Below, in pieces: positions 38,616 through 50,878 of a DNA stretch of 64,000 bases. Under the pieces are notes generated by a model. The model saw only the letters and a list, made by a program, of their open reading frames with translations. It did no database searches and was not told the origin of the DNA. Each line of letters begins with the position of its first letter. Position 1 is the stretch's first letter. The translations under genes and the position numbers were made by a program. The stretch is taken from NCBI GenBank assembly GCA_965200965.1, contig OZ241744.1:1440001-1504000 (forward strand). The letters run 5' to 3'. The stretch is from an uncultured Candidatus Binatia bacterium. GTDB taxonomy: Bacteria > Desulfobacterota > Binatia > Bin18.

Positions 38616-39024
38616 CGCTGAGACGCTGAAACTTCCACTCGCCGTTCACCCGCACATAGGCTTCGGTGTAGGTCGCCGCCCCCCAGACGGCCTGCGTATG
38701 CTTGGCATAGGTGCAGGCCTGGAACAGATACCATTTGCCGGTAGCCGTATCGCCGTGGACCTCAATCCGCGGATTCATGACATAGTGGAGGGCAAAGGGG
38801 AGCTGGTGTGGGGCACCGGAGAAAAACTTGCGGATGGCCGCCTGTCCTGCGCAGGTGCCAAATACCTCTCCTCCGTCCCACACCCCGTCTTCGACAAACA
38901 GACCGGCGATGCCGTCCGGGTCATAGCCGTCATCACAAAAAGCGCAGTAGCGGGCTTTGAGACGTTTGATCGCTTCGGTATCTTCGAGGACCTGGAGTCG
39001 TCGGGATAGTGTTTCGAGATTCAT
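38530..39024 (-). CDS. SnoaL/NTF2-like protein, paralog of 27510..27980
   Basis: EDTEAIKRLKARYC, FALHYVMNPRIEVHGDTATGKWYLFQ; true start MNLETL. Confidence 0.85.
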   Translation of the reverse strand: MNLETLSRRLQVLEDTEAIKRLKARYCAFCDDGYDPDGIAGLFVEDGVWDGGEVFGTCAGQAAIRKFFSGAPHQLPFALHYVMNPRIEVHGDTATGKWYLFQACTYAKHTQAVWGAATYTEAYVRVNGEWKFQRLSVTPSFWTPYEQGWEKKAFVQARQPGADC

Positions 39025-39132
39025 GCTGGCCCAATTAGTCCAGGGCTGGCCGATTGTCAAGCTGGCGACGCCCGTCTCGACTCGTTCCTTGCCGCGGCTT
39101 GTGCTACGGTCCGGCCGAGGGAAGGAGGAACA

Positions 39133-40128
39133 ATGACACATAACATTTCGGTTGGCATTGATTGGCAGGGCAGGATTGATTACCCCGCGATTATTGAACG
39201 GGTGAAAATTGCCGACGCGGCCGGGGTCCACTCGGTCTGGATTCCCGAGGCCTGGGGGCGGGACGCCTTTACGATTCTCTCGGTCCTGGCCTACGAGACC
39301 AAACACATTCAGCTCGGCACCGGGATTGTGAACATCTACTCCCGCACCCCGGCCGCGCTGGCTCAGCATTTTGCAACCCTGGACGAGTTGTCCGGCGGGC
39401 GGATGATTATTGGTCTGGGGACGAGCGGGGCGCAGGTGATTGAGCACTTTCATGGCGTGCCCTTTGAGCCACCGCGCACCCGGCTCAAGGAGTACATCGA
39501 GATCATCAACACCCTGATGAAGGGCGAGAAGCTGAACTACCAGGGCAAACTGTTCAATTTGCAGCGCGGCTTTACCCTGCGTTTTCCGCCGGTGCGCAAC
39601 CAGATTCCCATCTATCTGGCGACCCTGAACGCCAAAAGCCTCAAGCTGACCGCCGAGCTGGCGGACGGCTGGTTGCCGATCTGGTTGCCGATGAAGCAGC
39701 TCAAGGCGGAAATCGGCACCGTGCGCAGCATGAGCGTCGCTGCCGGTCGGCCGGTCAACGCCGTCTCGGTCCGCGCGCCGAGCGCGGTGGCCGTCACCCC
39801 GCACGCAGACAAGGCGCGGGCCGCTCACGCCGGCACAGCGGCCTTCTACATTGGCCGGATGGGGGTCTATTATGCCGCCCAACTGACCCGGCTGGGCTAT
39901 GGCGAGACGGTCGAGAAGGTCAAAAGTGCCTGGCAGAACGGCTCACGCGCCGCGGCCGAGGCGGTCGGCGACGAGCTCGTCAATGACACCTTGTGTGCCG
40001 GCCCGGTTGAAGCCTGCCTTGAGCGGATGCAGGCCCAGGAAGAGTGCGGGGTTGATATCCACACCGTCAGCGTTGAGGCCGCGGACAACGCGGAATACGA
40101 GCGCATCCTGACCCGGCTGGTCGGCTAG
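39133..40128 (+). CDS. LLM-class F420-dependent oxidoreductase
   Basis: VWIPEAWGRDA, LGTGIVNIYSRTPA, GLGTSGAQVIE. Confidence 0.9.
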   Translation: MTHNISVGIDWQGRIDYPAIIERVKIADAAGVHSVWIPEAWGRDAFTILSVLAYETKHIQLGTGIVNIYSRTPAALAQHFATLDELSGGRMIIGLGTSGAQVIEHFHGVPFEPPRTRLKEYIEIINTLMKGEKLNYQGKLFNLQRGFTLRFPPVRNQIPIYLATLNAKSLKLTAELADGWLPIWLPMKQLKAEIGTVRSMSVAAGRPVNAVSVRAPSAVAVTPHADKARAAHAGTAAFYIGRMGVYYAAQLTRLGYGETVEKVKSAWQNGSRAAAEAVGDELVNDTLCAGPVEACLERMQAQEECGVDIHTVSVEAADNAEYERILTRLVG

Positions 40129-40216
40129 GTCCTGTCCTTTCGCAGCAGCCGGCCGAGTTGTCCCGAGAAGTTCGGCTGGTTGCGGCCATTCACTACGGGT
40201 AACGCGGGAGAAAAGC

Positions 40217-41518
40217 ATGGACATGCTATGGCGATTGCCTATGGCAATTGTGGAAGACTCAATCGCGTTCTCTTTCGCGTTGGTCATTGGCTTGGTTTTG
40301 ATTCTGGCCTTGTTGGCCCGATTTGTGGGACGCTTCCAGCGTTTCGGGGGGCTAGAGCGTTCCGGCCCTACCTTACTGGCCACCTTGGGCGTCCTTGGCA
40401 CTTTTGTCGGGGTTGCGATCGGGCTCCTTGATTTTGACGTGAGGAACATTGATGCAAGCGTCCCTCAGTTATTGGCTGGGCTCAAGATCGCATTCCTGAG
40501 CAGTATTATCGGCTTGGCTGCATCAATCATTCTAAAAGCCGTGCAAGCGACCACGCCGGGGGCCGATACGGAAGAAGCAGAGGTCACGCCGGAGGCTATC
40601 CATGCCACCCTGATCGCTATTCAAAAAGGAATCGACACAGCGGCAGCCCAAGAACGCGATTCGCTTGAACATTTACGCAAGTCAATTTCTGCCGATAGCG
40701 ACAGCAGCCTTCTTACCCAGGTCCAAAAATTGAGAACGGATTTCCAAGACGGCCAGACAGAGTTGATAACAGAGTTTCGTCAATTCGCGGAGACTATGGC
40801 CAAGAATAATTCACAGGCTCTCATTGAAGCTCTTGAACAGGTCATTCGCGACTTCAACACACAACTGAATGAACAGTTCGGCGACAATTTCAAGCAGCTT
40901 AACGAAGCGGTGGGGAAGCTCCTGGCTTGGCAAGACAATTATCGGGAGCACGTCGAGGCTTTGGAAAGTCGGCTTGAGAAAGCGGTTCAAGCAACCGAGG
41001 CTTCAGAACAAGCACTCGGCGAGATTGCAGGCCACACGAGGCAGATTCCTGAGACCCTGCAAAGCCTGCGGGACATTCTGAAGGGGCTGGACGAACATCT
41101 GACAACCGTTGCGGAACTGAAGGACAAGGCTATAGCGGCTTTCCCCGTGATTGACGACAAACTCAAAGAACTGACAGACCGGCTCGGAGAATCGGTTGAG
41201 CGGTCTGACAATGCCCTCCAGCGTCAGCAGGAGGCTCACAACGCGCTTCACCGGGGCTTCGACACGCTCCTGGAGCACTCTCAGCAGTCCCACCAGCAAT
41301 TCGAGGACGCCCTCAAGGATGCTCTGTCAAGGGCGGCTTCCGGGATCGAAGCTCAGCTTGGCAGACTGAACCAGGAAATGGAGCGGACGCTGCACGAGAG
41401 TATCCAGAGCATGGGACAAAAGCTGGCGTCGCTGTCTGAAAAATTCGTCGAAGACTACGGTCCCCTGACCGAAAAGCTCCATAAGGTGGTTCAGATGGCG
41501 CAGAGACCAGGCGCATGA
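40217..41518 (+). CDS. zorA: Zorya protein ZorA (MotA/ExbB-like TM domain + long helical tail)
   Basis: GVLGTFVGVAIGL..FD..NIDASVPQLLAGLKIAF, IRDFNTQLNEQFGDNFKQLN; coupled to zorB by ATGA overlap. Confidence 0.85.
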   Translation: MDMLWRLPMAIVEDSIAFSFALVIGLVLILALLARFVGRFQRFGGLERSGPTLLATLGVLGTFVGVAIGLLDFDVRNIDASVPQLLAGLKIAFLSSIIGLAASIILKAVQATTPGADTEEAEVTPEAIHATLIAIQKGIDTAAAQERDSLEHLRKSISADSDSSLLTQVQKLRTDFQDGQTELITEFRQFAETMAKNNSQALIEALEQVIRDFNTQLNEQFGDNFKQLNEAVGKLLAWQDNYREHVEALESRLEKAVQATEASEQALGEIAGHTRQIPETLQSLRDILKGLDEHLTTVAELKDKAIAAFPVIDDKLKELTDRLGESVERSDNALQRQQEAHNALHRGFDTLLEHSQQSHQQFEDALKDALSRAASGIEAQLGRLNQEMERTLHESIQSMGQKLASLSEKFVEDYGPLTEKLHKVVQMAQRPGA

Positions 41519-42225
41519 TGACGGTGGAAAAGCTGTTTGGTCGCCGTGCATCGTCTGACGACGAGCACTGGATGTCTGTTGCCGACCTGATGGCCGGCCT
41601 GATGGTCATTTTTCTGTTTATTGCTATCACCTATATCCGGCCTATTGTCGAAATCCAGTCCAAGATTCGGAACATTGTCGTCGCCTGGAAAGACTCGGAG
41701 GTGGAAATCTACGAGGCGTTGAATGAGGAGTTCAAGAACGAGCTGCCGAGATGGTACGCAGAACTGGACCGGAATACCTTGTCTATACGTTTTAAGGCTC
41801 CTGAGATTTTGTTTGACTCGGCAACCGCGGCACTGAAACCCGATTTCAAATTCATCCTGGCCGAATTTTTCCCTCGCTATCTCAACGTACTGTCTCAGTT
41901 CAAGGGCGCGATTGCGGAAGTTCGCCTTGAGGGCCACACATCGTCCGAGTGGGAGGGGGCCACAACCAGGGACGAAGCGTATTTCAGGAATATGGAACTT
42001 TCGCAAGCCAGGACCAGAACGGTTTTGGAATACTGTCTCGGGCTGCCGTTGGTTGAGCCGTACAAGGACTGGGCGCGCGGGCTGATTACCGCCAACGGCC
42101 TTTCTTCCAGCCGTCTGATTTTCCGGGATTCCACAGAGGATAAGCCCAGCTCGCGACGCGTTGAATTCAGGGTCCGCACCAATACCAAGGAACAGATTGT
42201 CAGAGTTCTGGAGACAATAGAATGA
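41515..42225 (+). CDS. zorB: Zorya protein ZorB (MotB/OmpA-like)
   Basis: WMSVADLMAGLM TM helix with Asp; EGHTSSEW, NMELSQAR, SRRVEFR. Confidence 0.88.
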   Translation: MMTVEKLFGRRASSDDEHWMSVADLMAGLMVIFLFIAITYIRPIVEIQSKIRNIVVAWKDSEVEIYEALNEEFKNELPRWYAELDRNTLSIRFKAPEILFDSATAALKPDFKFILAEFFPRYLNVLSQFKGAIAEVRLEGHTSSEWEGATTRDEAYFRNMELSQARTRTVLEYCLGLPLVEPYKDWARGLITANGLSSSRLIFRDSTEDKPSSRRVEFRVRTNTKEQIVRVLETIE

Positions 42226-43121
42226 TAGACTTTCCAGAACTTCAAGCGTTGGTGAACCGCATGGGCGCGAGTCTTTCGTCTTGGCGGCTCCCACCCTATG
42301 AAACAACGCGGCAAAGAAAAGAAAGGGAGGAAAGGGAGAAACTGAGGCGAGAGCTTCGGCGCGGCATAGAGGTAAAGAATCTTGACGAAGTTAAACCGTA
42401 CGACGATCTGCTTACACATAAGGGCGAACAGATCGTCATCTACATCAAAGATACCAGGCAGGATAAATATACACTTTTGGGCGATCCAAAAAACGCCAGG
42501 AGGTTTCATGTCGCCGAATGTGAAACCATAAGGGATATGCGCACAGGAGGGCGCTTTAATCGGTATGTCATGACGGACAGACAGGACGGAAAATTTCTTG
42601 TGGAAGCCAGGGCTTCAAATGGGGCGGTAGTGCCATTTGAAGCCCCTCTATACGTCTGCAAGAACTGCCTTGGACAATTGAACTGGAAAGGATATGCGTC
42701 TTCGAGAAGCGACAAATTATGGAAAGAATTCTCGCTTCAGGACTTTTTTGCGGAATTTACGACCTTCTTTTCTGTAAGACCCCTGCATACGGCCCTGACA
42801 GCACTCCCGGCAGGTTATGCCAAAAATTGGCCCCGCCTGTCAACCAAGCTCAGGCATCAACGGGGTTGGCGTTGCGATGAGTGTGTCGTGAACCTTTCCG
42901 CCCATCGCCGTCTGCTTCACTGTCACCACAAGAACGGCGTTACCCGGGATAATAGACCGGAGAATATCGCCGTTCTCTGTCTCCTGTGCCACTCGAAACA
43001 GCCGTATCACGGACATGTTTCAACCGGTGCGGCAGAGCGTCAGATCATTGAATCGCTACGCAATGAACAGCGCTCTCAACCCCAAAACCGACAACCAACT
43101 AGGGGATATGAAAAGTGGTGA
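42222..43121 (+). CDS. zorE: Zorya type II effector ZorE (HNH nuclease)
   Basis: RFHVAEC, VCKNCL, CDEC...HCHHKNG...DN...LCLLCH; third gene after zorAB. Confidence 0.85.
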   Translation: MIDFPELQALVNRMGASLSSWRLPPYETTRQRKEREEREKLRRELRRGIEVKNLDEVKPYDDLLTHKGEQIVIYIKDTRQDKYTLLGDPKNARRFHVAECETIRDMRTGGRFNRYVMTDRQDGKFLVEARASNGAVVPFEAPLYVCKNCLGQLNWKGYASSRSDKLWKEFSLQDFFAEFTTFFSVRPLHTALTALPAGYAKNWPRLSTKLRHQRGWRCDECVVNLSAHRRLLHCHHKNGVTRDNRPENIAVLCLLCHSKQPYHGHVSTGAAERQIIESLRNEQRSQPQNRQPTRGYEKW

Positions 43122-44112
43122 CATATTCGTTCTCAAAACCCTTGAGTTCCAGGCGGCGGTCCAGGGGCTGAAACCGCGCGGCCAGAGCCGGGGTTTCGTG
43201 GCTGAGGCGGTCTAGGGCAGCTTCGGTGGCGATGATCCCGCCGGGCGGGATGTGCTTGAGCAGCCGTGAAGCCAGATTGATGCTCGGGCCGATCAGGGTG
43301 ACCGAGCGACGCATGGCCACGCCGACCACGCCAATGATGATGTCGCCGAGGTTGAGACTGATGCGGGCCTGGAGGGCCATGTGCTCGGGCCGAGTGTCTG
43401 ACAGGGCTTTGCGGACGTCCAGGGCGGCCTGCACGGCTTCCGTCACCGATTCAAAATACAGCAGCGCACCGTCGCCCTCATAGTCTTTGACATCACCGCA
43501 GTTTTCCAGGGCGATTTCGGTCACAAGGGCCATAAAACCTTGGACTAAATCCAGGGCGCGTTCCGGAGGCTGGTTGACCAGCGTGGAGGTGGAGTTGGCA
43601 ATGTCAACAAAGACAACGGTGAGTTCCTTTCTGATTGGCGTGTTGCCCTGCGACAGATGGCTCCGCGCCAAACCGGGCAAAAACGTATGGGCATGGCTCG
43701 GCGTCTGGACCGCGGACGACGGCTCTGAAACGCCGTGAGGGGCGGGGGTCTGCTCCTGATTCAGGGCGACGGTCGGATACCCGGCCTCTCGCCAAGCGCT
43801 CAGGCCGCCGGCCAGAACCGCAACCGACTGAAAGCCTTCGGCTTGTAACCACAGCGCCGCCCGGGCGCTGCTCGCATCCCCGGGTCAGGTTCAATACAGC
43901 GCAATCAGGGCCTCCCGGGGCAAGCTGTGCGCCCGTTGGACGATCCCGGCTATGGGCAGCCAGCGCGCGTTCGGCAATTGGACGGGCAGGAACAGGCGGG
44001 CATCGGTGGTCCGCACGTCAATCGGAATAACCGCCTCGCCGCCGGCCATACGGGCGTGCAACGCCTGGGGGTTGATCCGCCGGACATCTTGGGCGCTGGT
44101 GTGTGTTGGCAT
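43099..44112 (-). CDS. Rhodanese-class III nucleotide cyclase fusion, candidate selenoprotein with two in-frame UGA (UxU)
   Basis: GGGAGGA RBS; ...LIALY-TGA-T-TGA-PGDASSARAALWLQAEGFQSVAVLAGGLSAWREAGYP continues in frame without other stops into VFVDIANST...GDG...INLASRL...LKGF. Confidence 0.8.
43851..43871 (-). promoter_or_regulatory. Candidate bacterial SECIS hairpin
   Basis: GCAGCGCC-CGGGC-GGCGCTGT 8-bp stem (one G-U); loop starts 21 nt after the second UGA and 27 nt after the first; G at loop position 2. Confidence 0.55.
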
Positions 44113-44171
44113 TGCGCATTCCTCCCTGTCAGCCCAGTCTGTTGTTTTGCCGGGGCGGTGACAAGCCCGGT

Positions 44172-45155
44172 TTACTGAGCAAATGCGTCAACCAGGGTCC
44201 GCAGTTCGTCCGGGGTGAGACGGCTGCTTGGCAGAGCGGCAACCACGGCCAGGCTCAGCCCGGCCTGGGTGAAAGCCCTAAGCTGGGTGTGACACTCCTC
44301 GGCCGTGCCAAAGATGTACAGGTCTTCGACCATCGTGTCGGGGATGGCGGCTTGGGCTTGGGCCCGGTCGCCGGCCTTCCAACAGGCATGAACTTGGTCC
44401 ACAATCTCGCCATAGCCAAAGCGCCGGAACCCCTGAATATAGGTGTTGGCCTGACAGTAGCCGGCCAGGATACGCCGCATCTGCTCAAGCGTCCGCTCCC
44501 GGTCGTCGGTCACCATGGTATGGATGTAACAGCCGACATCAATATCTTCCAAGCGCCGGCCGGCGCGCCTGGCCCCCGTGGCGATCTCGGCCAGCGAGTA
44601 CGGGACCTGCCGGGCCGGCAGCCAGGCGAGTTGCACGCCGTCAGCAATCTCGCCGGCCAGTTGCAGCATCTTGGGGTTCACCGCGGCCAGATAAATGGGC
44701 AGCTGGTGTGGGGCCGGGACGCTGAGTTGAAACCCGTGGGGCCGATAAAATCGTCCCTCATGGCTGACCCGCTCGCCGGCCAGCAGCCGGCGCAGCAGGG
44801 CGACGTACTCGCGCGTGCGGGTCAGCGGAAAGTCCCAGGCCAGGCCGTGGAAGGTGTTGATGTTGCGGGTGCTGACCCCCAGGCCGAGCCGGGCCCGGCC
44901 CGGCGCAATCAGGTTGAGGGTGGCGGCCTGCATCGCGGTCAGGGTCGGTGGGCGCAGGTAGAGGGAGACAATGCCGGTGCCAACATGAATGCGCTGGCTG
45001 CGGGCCAGCAGCGCACCGACCATTGTGCAGGTTTCGGTGCCCCAGGCTTCGCCGACCCACACACTGTCAAAATTGGCCGATTCGGCCCGCTGGACAATCT
45101 CTGTGCAGAGGTCCATCGCCATACCCAGCGGCGGCAGTCCAAGTCCGATGCGCAT
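44172..45155 (-). CDS. LLM-class oxidoreductase
   Basis: VWVGEAWG, HVGTGIV, IYLAAVNPKMLQLAGEIADG. Confidence 0.88.
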   Translation of the reverse strand: MRIGLGLPPLGMAMDLCTEIVQRAESANFDSVWVGEAWGTETCTMVGALLARSQRIHVGTGIVSLYLRPPTLTAMQAATLNLIAPGRARLGLGVSTRNINTFHGLAWDFPLTRTREYVALLRRLLAGERVSHEGRFYRPHGFQLSVPAPHQLPIYLAAVNPKMLQLAGEIADGVQLAWLPARQVPYSLAEIATGARRAGRRLEDIDVGCYIHTMVTDDRERTLEQMRRILAGYCQANTYIQGFRRFGYGEIVDQVHACWKAGDRAQAQAAIPDTMVEDLYIFGTAEECHTQLRAFTQAGLSLAVVAALPSSRLTPDELRTLVDAFAQ

Positions 45156-45168
45156 TGTGTCTGTCCTT

Positions 45169-47118
45169 TCAGCCGGCTTCGCCGTCCAACTCCTCGGCCA
45201 GCTCGGTCCAGCTTGCATAGTGTTGTTCCAGTTCCGCCTTGAGCGTTTCGTACTCGGCCGCGGTCTGCCTAGCCCGCTGAGACGTGCTGTATACGCTGCC
45301 GTCCGCCATCAGCGTCTCAATCTCTCGCCGCCGTTCCTCCAGTCCGGCGATACGCCGTTCGGCTTCTGCCAGGCGACGCTCCCGCTTGGAGCGTTCGGCC
45401 CGGTCGGCCTTCTGCCGCGCATACCGCGCCTTGCCCCGCTTTGCCTGCCGGATAGCGCTCACGAGCTCCTGTGCGCCGCTCTGGTCAGTCTTTGTCCCGT
45501 GCCCTTCCCCGTCCACATCGCGTTCTTTCCGCGCCAGAAACGCGGCAAACGACCCTGGGTACATGACCAGCCGACCGTCCTGCATTTCTATCACCTTGGT
45601 CACCAGACCGTCCAGAAAGTCACGGTCGTGTGAGACCACCACGAAGGTGCCGGTGAACTGCTGGAGAGCCTGTTTCAGCACGTCCTTGGTCCGCAGGTCC
45701 AGATGGTTGGTGGGTTCGTCCAGGATCAGAAAGTTTGAGGCCTGGAGCAGCATTTTGGCCAGGGCCAGCCGGCTTTTTTCGCCTCCACTCAGCACTGCCA
45801 CCCGTTTGTCAACCGCCTCGCCAGAAAACAAAAACGTCCCCAGCAAGGTTCGCAGTTGGGGGACGATGTCGAACGCCGCCCCGCTCGCAATCTCTTGATA
45901 CACCGTCCGCTCGGTGTTGAGCTTATCGGCCTGCTGCTGGGCGTAGAAATCGAGTGCCACCTGATGCCCCAGTGCGCGCTGTCCGTGGCTCGGCGCTTCT
46001 ACCCCGGCCAGCAGACGGCTCAGGGTGGATTTGCCGGCCCCGTTCGGGCCGAGGAGCGCAATCCGGTCGCCGCGCTCAATAGTCAGATCAAGCCTGGTGA
46101 AGACCTGGACCTGCTCGTAGTGTTTAGCCACCCCTTTCAGCTCCAGCACGACCCGGCCGCTGCGGGGGGCGCGTGGGAAGTGAAAGCGGACGCCGCTCGG
46201 AACGGTGTGAGGGGCCGGCAGACGCTCCATTTTCTCTAACTGTTTGATACGACTCTGGACCTGAGCGGCTTTGCGCGCGTTATAGCGGAAGGTATTGATA
46301 AAACGAGTGATGCGTTCGATCTCGGCCTGCTGTTCCTCGTAGGCTTTGCGGTCGGCTTCCAGCGTCTGGGCGAACTGGCGCTCAAAGGCCGAGTAATTGC
46401 CCACATAGTCGCTCAGGCCGTGGCGGTGGATGGTGGCGATGCGGGTGACGGTCCGGTCAAGAAACCTCCGGTCGTGGGAGACGATGATGACACTGCCGGC
46501 ATAGGCGCGCAGATAGCCTTCGAGCCACAGCACGGAGGCGAGGTCGAGATGGTTGGTCGGCTCGTCCAAAAGCAGAATATCCGGGCCTTGGAGCAGCAGC
46601 TTGGCCAGCGCGATACGCATCTGCCAGCCGCCGCTGAAGACTTCGGTTGCCCAGCCAAACTGTTCCTGGCGAAAACCCAGACCGTTTAGCACCTTGGCCA
46701 CCTCGGCATCGGCCCGAAAGCCGTCCAGTTCCTCAAAGCGGTGCTGGAGCTGGCCGTAGCGGGCCAACTCGTCGGTTGTCTGGGTGTGGTGCCCGGTCTC
46801 AAGGACAGCATGCAGGCGGGCCAACTCGCGCCGAATAGCGCTCAGCTCGGGCAGGCCGGACCGGGCTTCCTCAAACAGACTGTGCCCGACAATCGGCACG
46901 CCTTCCTGGGGCAGATAGCCGAGGCTGGTCTCCCGGCCGCGCCGGATGTGTCCGCGGTCCGGTTCGATCTGACCCATAATCAGTCGAAAGAGGGTTGTTT
47001 TGCCCGCGCCGTTGGGGCCGACAAGACCGACCCGGTCACCCCGGCGCAGTTGCCAGTTGAGCCGACGGAAGAGTGCCTGCCGGCCAAATGCCAGAGAGAG
47101 GTCGGTAATCTGCAGCAT
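45169..47118 (-). CDS. ABC-F family ATP-binding protein
   Basis: Two GPNGAGK Walker A motifs, FSGGWQMR / LSGGEKSR, LDEPTNHLD twice, no TM segments. Confidence 0.93.
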   Translation of the reverse strand: MLQITDLSLAFGRQALFRRLNWQLRRGDRVGLVGPNGAGKTTLFRLIMGQIEPDRGHIRRGRETSLGYLPQEGVPIVGHSLFEEARSGLPELSAIRRELARLHAVLETGHHTQTTDELARYGQLQHRFEELDGFRADAEVAKVLNGLGFRQEQFGWATEVFSGGWQMRIALAKLLLQGPDILLLDEPTNHLDLASVLWLEGYLRAYAGSVIIVSHDRRFLDRTVTRIATIHRHGLSDYVGNYSAFERQFAQTLEADRKAYEEQQAEIERITRFINTFRYNARKAAQVQSRIKQLEKMERLPAPHTVPSGVRFHFPRAPRSGRVVLELKGVAKHYEQVQVFTRLDLTIERGDRIALLGPNGAGKSTLSRLLAGVEAPSHGQRALGHQVALDFYAQQQADKLNTERTVYQEIASGAAFDIVPQLRTLLGTFLFSGEAVDKRVAVLSGGEKSRLALAKMLLQASNFLILDEPTNHLDLRTKDVLKQALQQFTGTFVVVSHDRDFLDGLVTKVIEMQDGRLVMYPGSFAAFLARKERDVDGEGHGTKTDQSGAQELVSAIRQAKRGKARYARQKADRAERSKRERRLAEAERRIAGLEERRREIETLMADGSVYSTSQRARQTAAEYETLKAELEQHYASWTELAEELDGEAG

Positions 47119-47180
47119 CGCGCCCCACGCCTGCCCGGAGCAGTGTAGCGGAGGGACAACGCCCAGGCCAGCCGGCGAGC

Positions 47181-49754
<2,574 letters not shown>

Positions 49755-49769
49755 GGTGGTCATCATCAT

Positions 49770-50172
49770 TCACCTTGGGCGGCGTAAACCTTCGGTCCGA
49801 CACCGCTCATGGACCTCGGTCCGAGTCGTTTGCATCCTGGCGGGCCTACCCGCGGCGTGGACGTTGAACATAGCTGCCCCCAGGCGGGCGGCTGCGATCC
49901 CGGGGTTTGCTGCCGTGCGGGGAATATCGTGGAACTTGAGATGCTGGGCAACCCGGGGATTATTCGCGTTCCAGCACGCTCGACGCCACCGTGCTGTGGG
50001 CAAAGCCCCCCGCTCAGCAATTTCTTCCGGTGACGCGCCGGCTTTTTCGACCCGTTTGGTGTGTACATCAATGCAGTACGGACACTGGGTCACATGGGCG
50101 GTTGCCCCGGCGAGCAACTCTTTTGTTTTGACACTCAGCGCGCCGTCTTCACACCACCTTGGTAGCGAACAT
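49770..50172 (-). pseudogene. Chimeric remnant: AhpD/CMD fragment joined to a PyrF fragment
   Basis: EDGALSVKTKELL...QCPYCIDVH...SPEEIAE then LKFHDIP...MFNVHAAG. Confidence 0.65.
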
Positions 50173-50275
50173 GGCTGTCCCTCCTGTGTGGGTCTGAGGG
50201 TATCTGAGCAAAGTCAAAAGTCAAAGGGCAAAGGTGCAGACAGGGCCGGGCCGCACATGCCGTGGTGGCGGACGC

Positions 50276-50809
50276 TCAACTCCACGGCTGGCGTATCTCG
50301 CAGCCGCTGAGGGACTTCTGGATCTGATTGATGCCACCCTTGCTGACCAGGGTACTGCGCAGATTCAGGACGCGGAGACCGCTCAAGCCCTGCAGGAGGG
50401 GCAGACCGGCGTCGCTGATGCGGGTGTCGTAGAGCCATAACACGCGCAGTCCGGTCAGATGCTTAATGTGTTCAAGCCCGGCGTTTGCCACACGAGTGCC
50501 GGAGAGCTGGAGGTATTGGAGCCCGTTGGACGATACGGCGGCCAGAGGAGATAAATCGGTGGATGCCTGGGGGGTAACGTTGAGACGCAGTTCCTTTCCG
50601 GCCGAGATCTCAATCGGCCCCTGGGCCCGCCCGGACTTCTCCCAAAAGGAGTACAGCTCGGGCTCAAAGCCCTTACGGACGAACAGTTCCCCCATCGAAC
50701 GATCGGGCGGAAAGACAACGGTCCGGGCCGGCAGCGGTGCGCTGCGCTCTGACTCATCACGCATGAACGGCAGCAGCGGGTCATCGAGACGTTTGAGTTT
50801 TCTCTTCAT
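50276..50809 (-). CDS. Small leucine-rich repeat protein
   Basis: LQYLQLSGTRV.NAGL, LRVLWLYDTRISDAGL, LRVLNLRSTLVS. Confidence 0.8.
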   Translation of the reverse strand: MKRKLKRLDDPLLPFMRDESERSAPLPARTVVFPPDRSMGELFVRKGFEPELYSFWEKSGRAQGPIEISAGKELRLNVTPQASTDLSPLAAVSSNGLQYLQLSGTRVANAGLEHIKHLTGLRVLWLYDTRISDAGLPLLQGLSGLRVLNLRSTLVSKGGINQIQKSLSGCEIRQPWS

Positions 50810-50878
50810 CAGTGTTGTCAAAGGGACGGGACGGCACACCGACTTTTCACGCGCCGGCGACACCGGCCCTGTACGCGC

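Noticed and set aside
43885-43893. Genome-wide TGA reassignment (Trp or Gly) as the explanation for the two UGAs
   Set aside because: Many clear genes here end in TGA at their expected C-termini (eno, the acyl-CoA dehydrogenase, the pentaheme cytochrome), and the two sites align with Cys positions.
50149-50151. Early TGA in the AhpD-like remnant as selenocysteine
   Set aside because: Downstream homology is in a different frame, and the position is not a conserved Cys.
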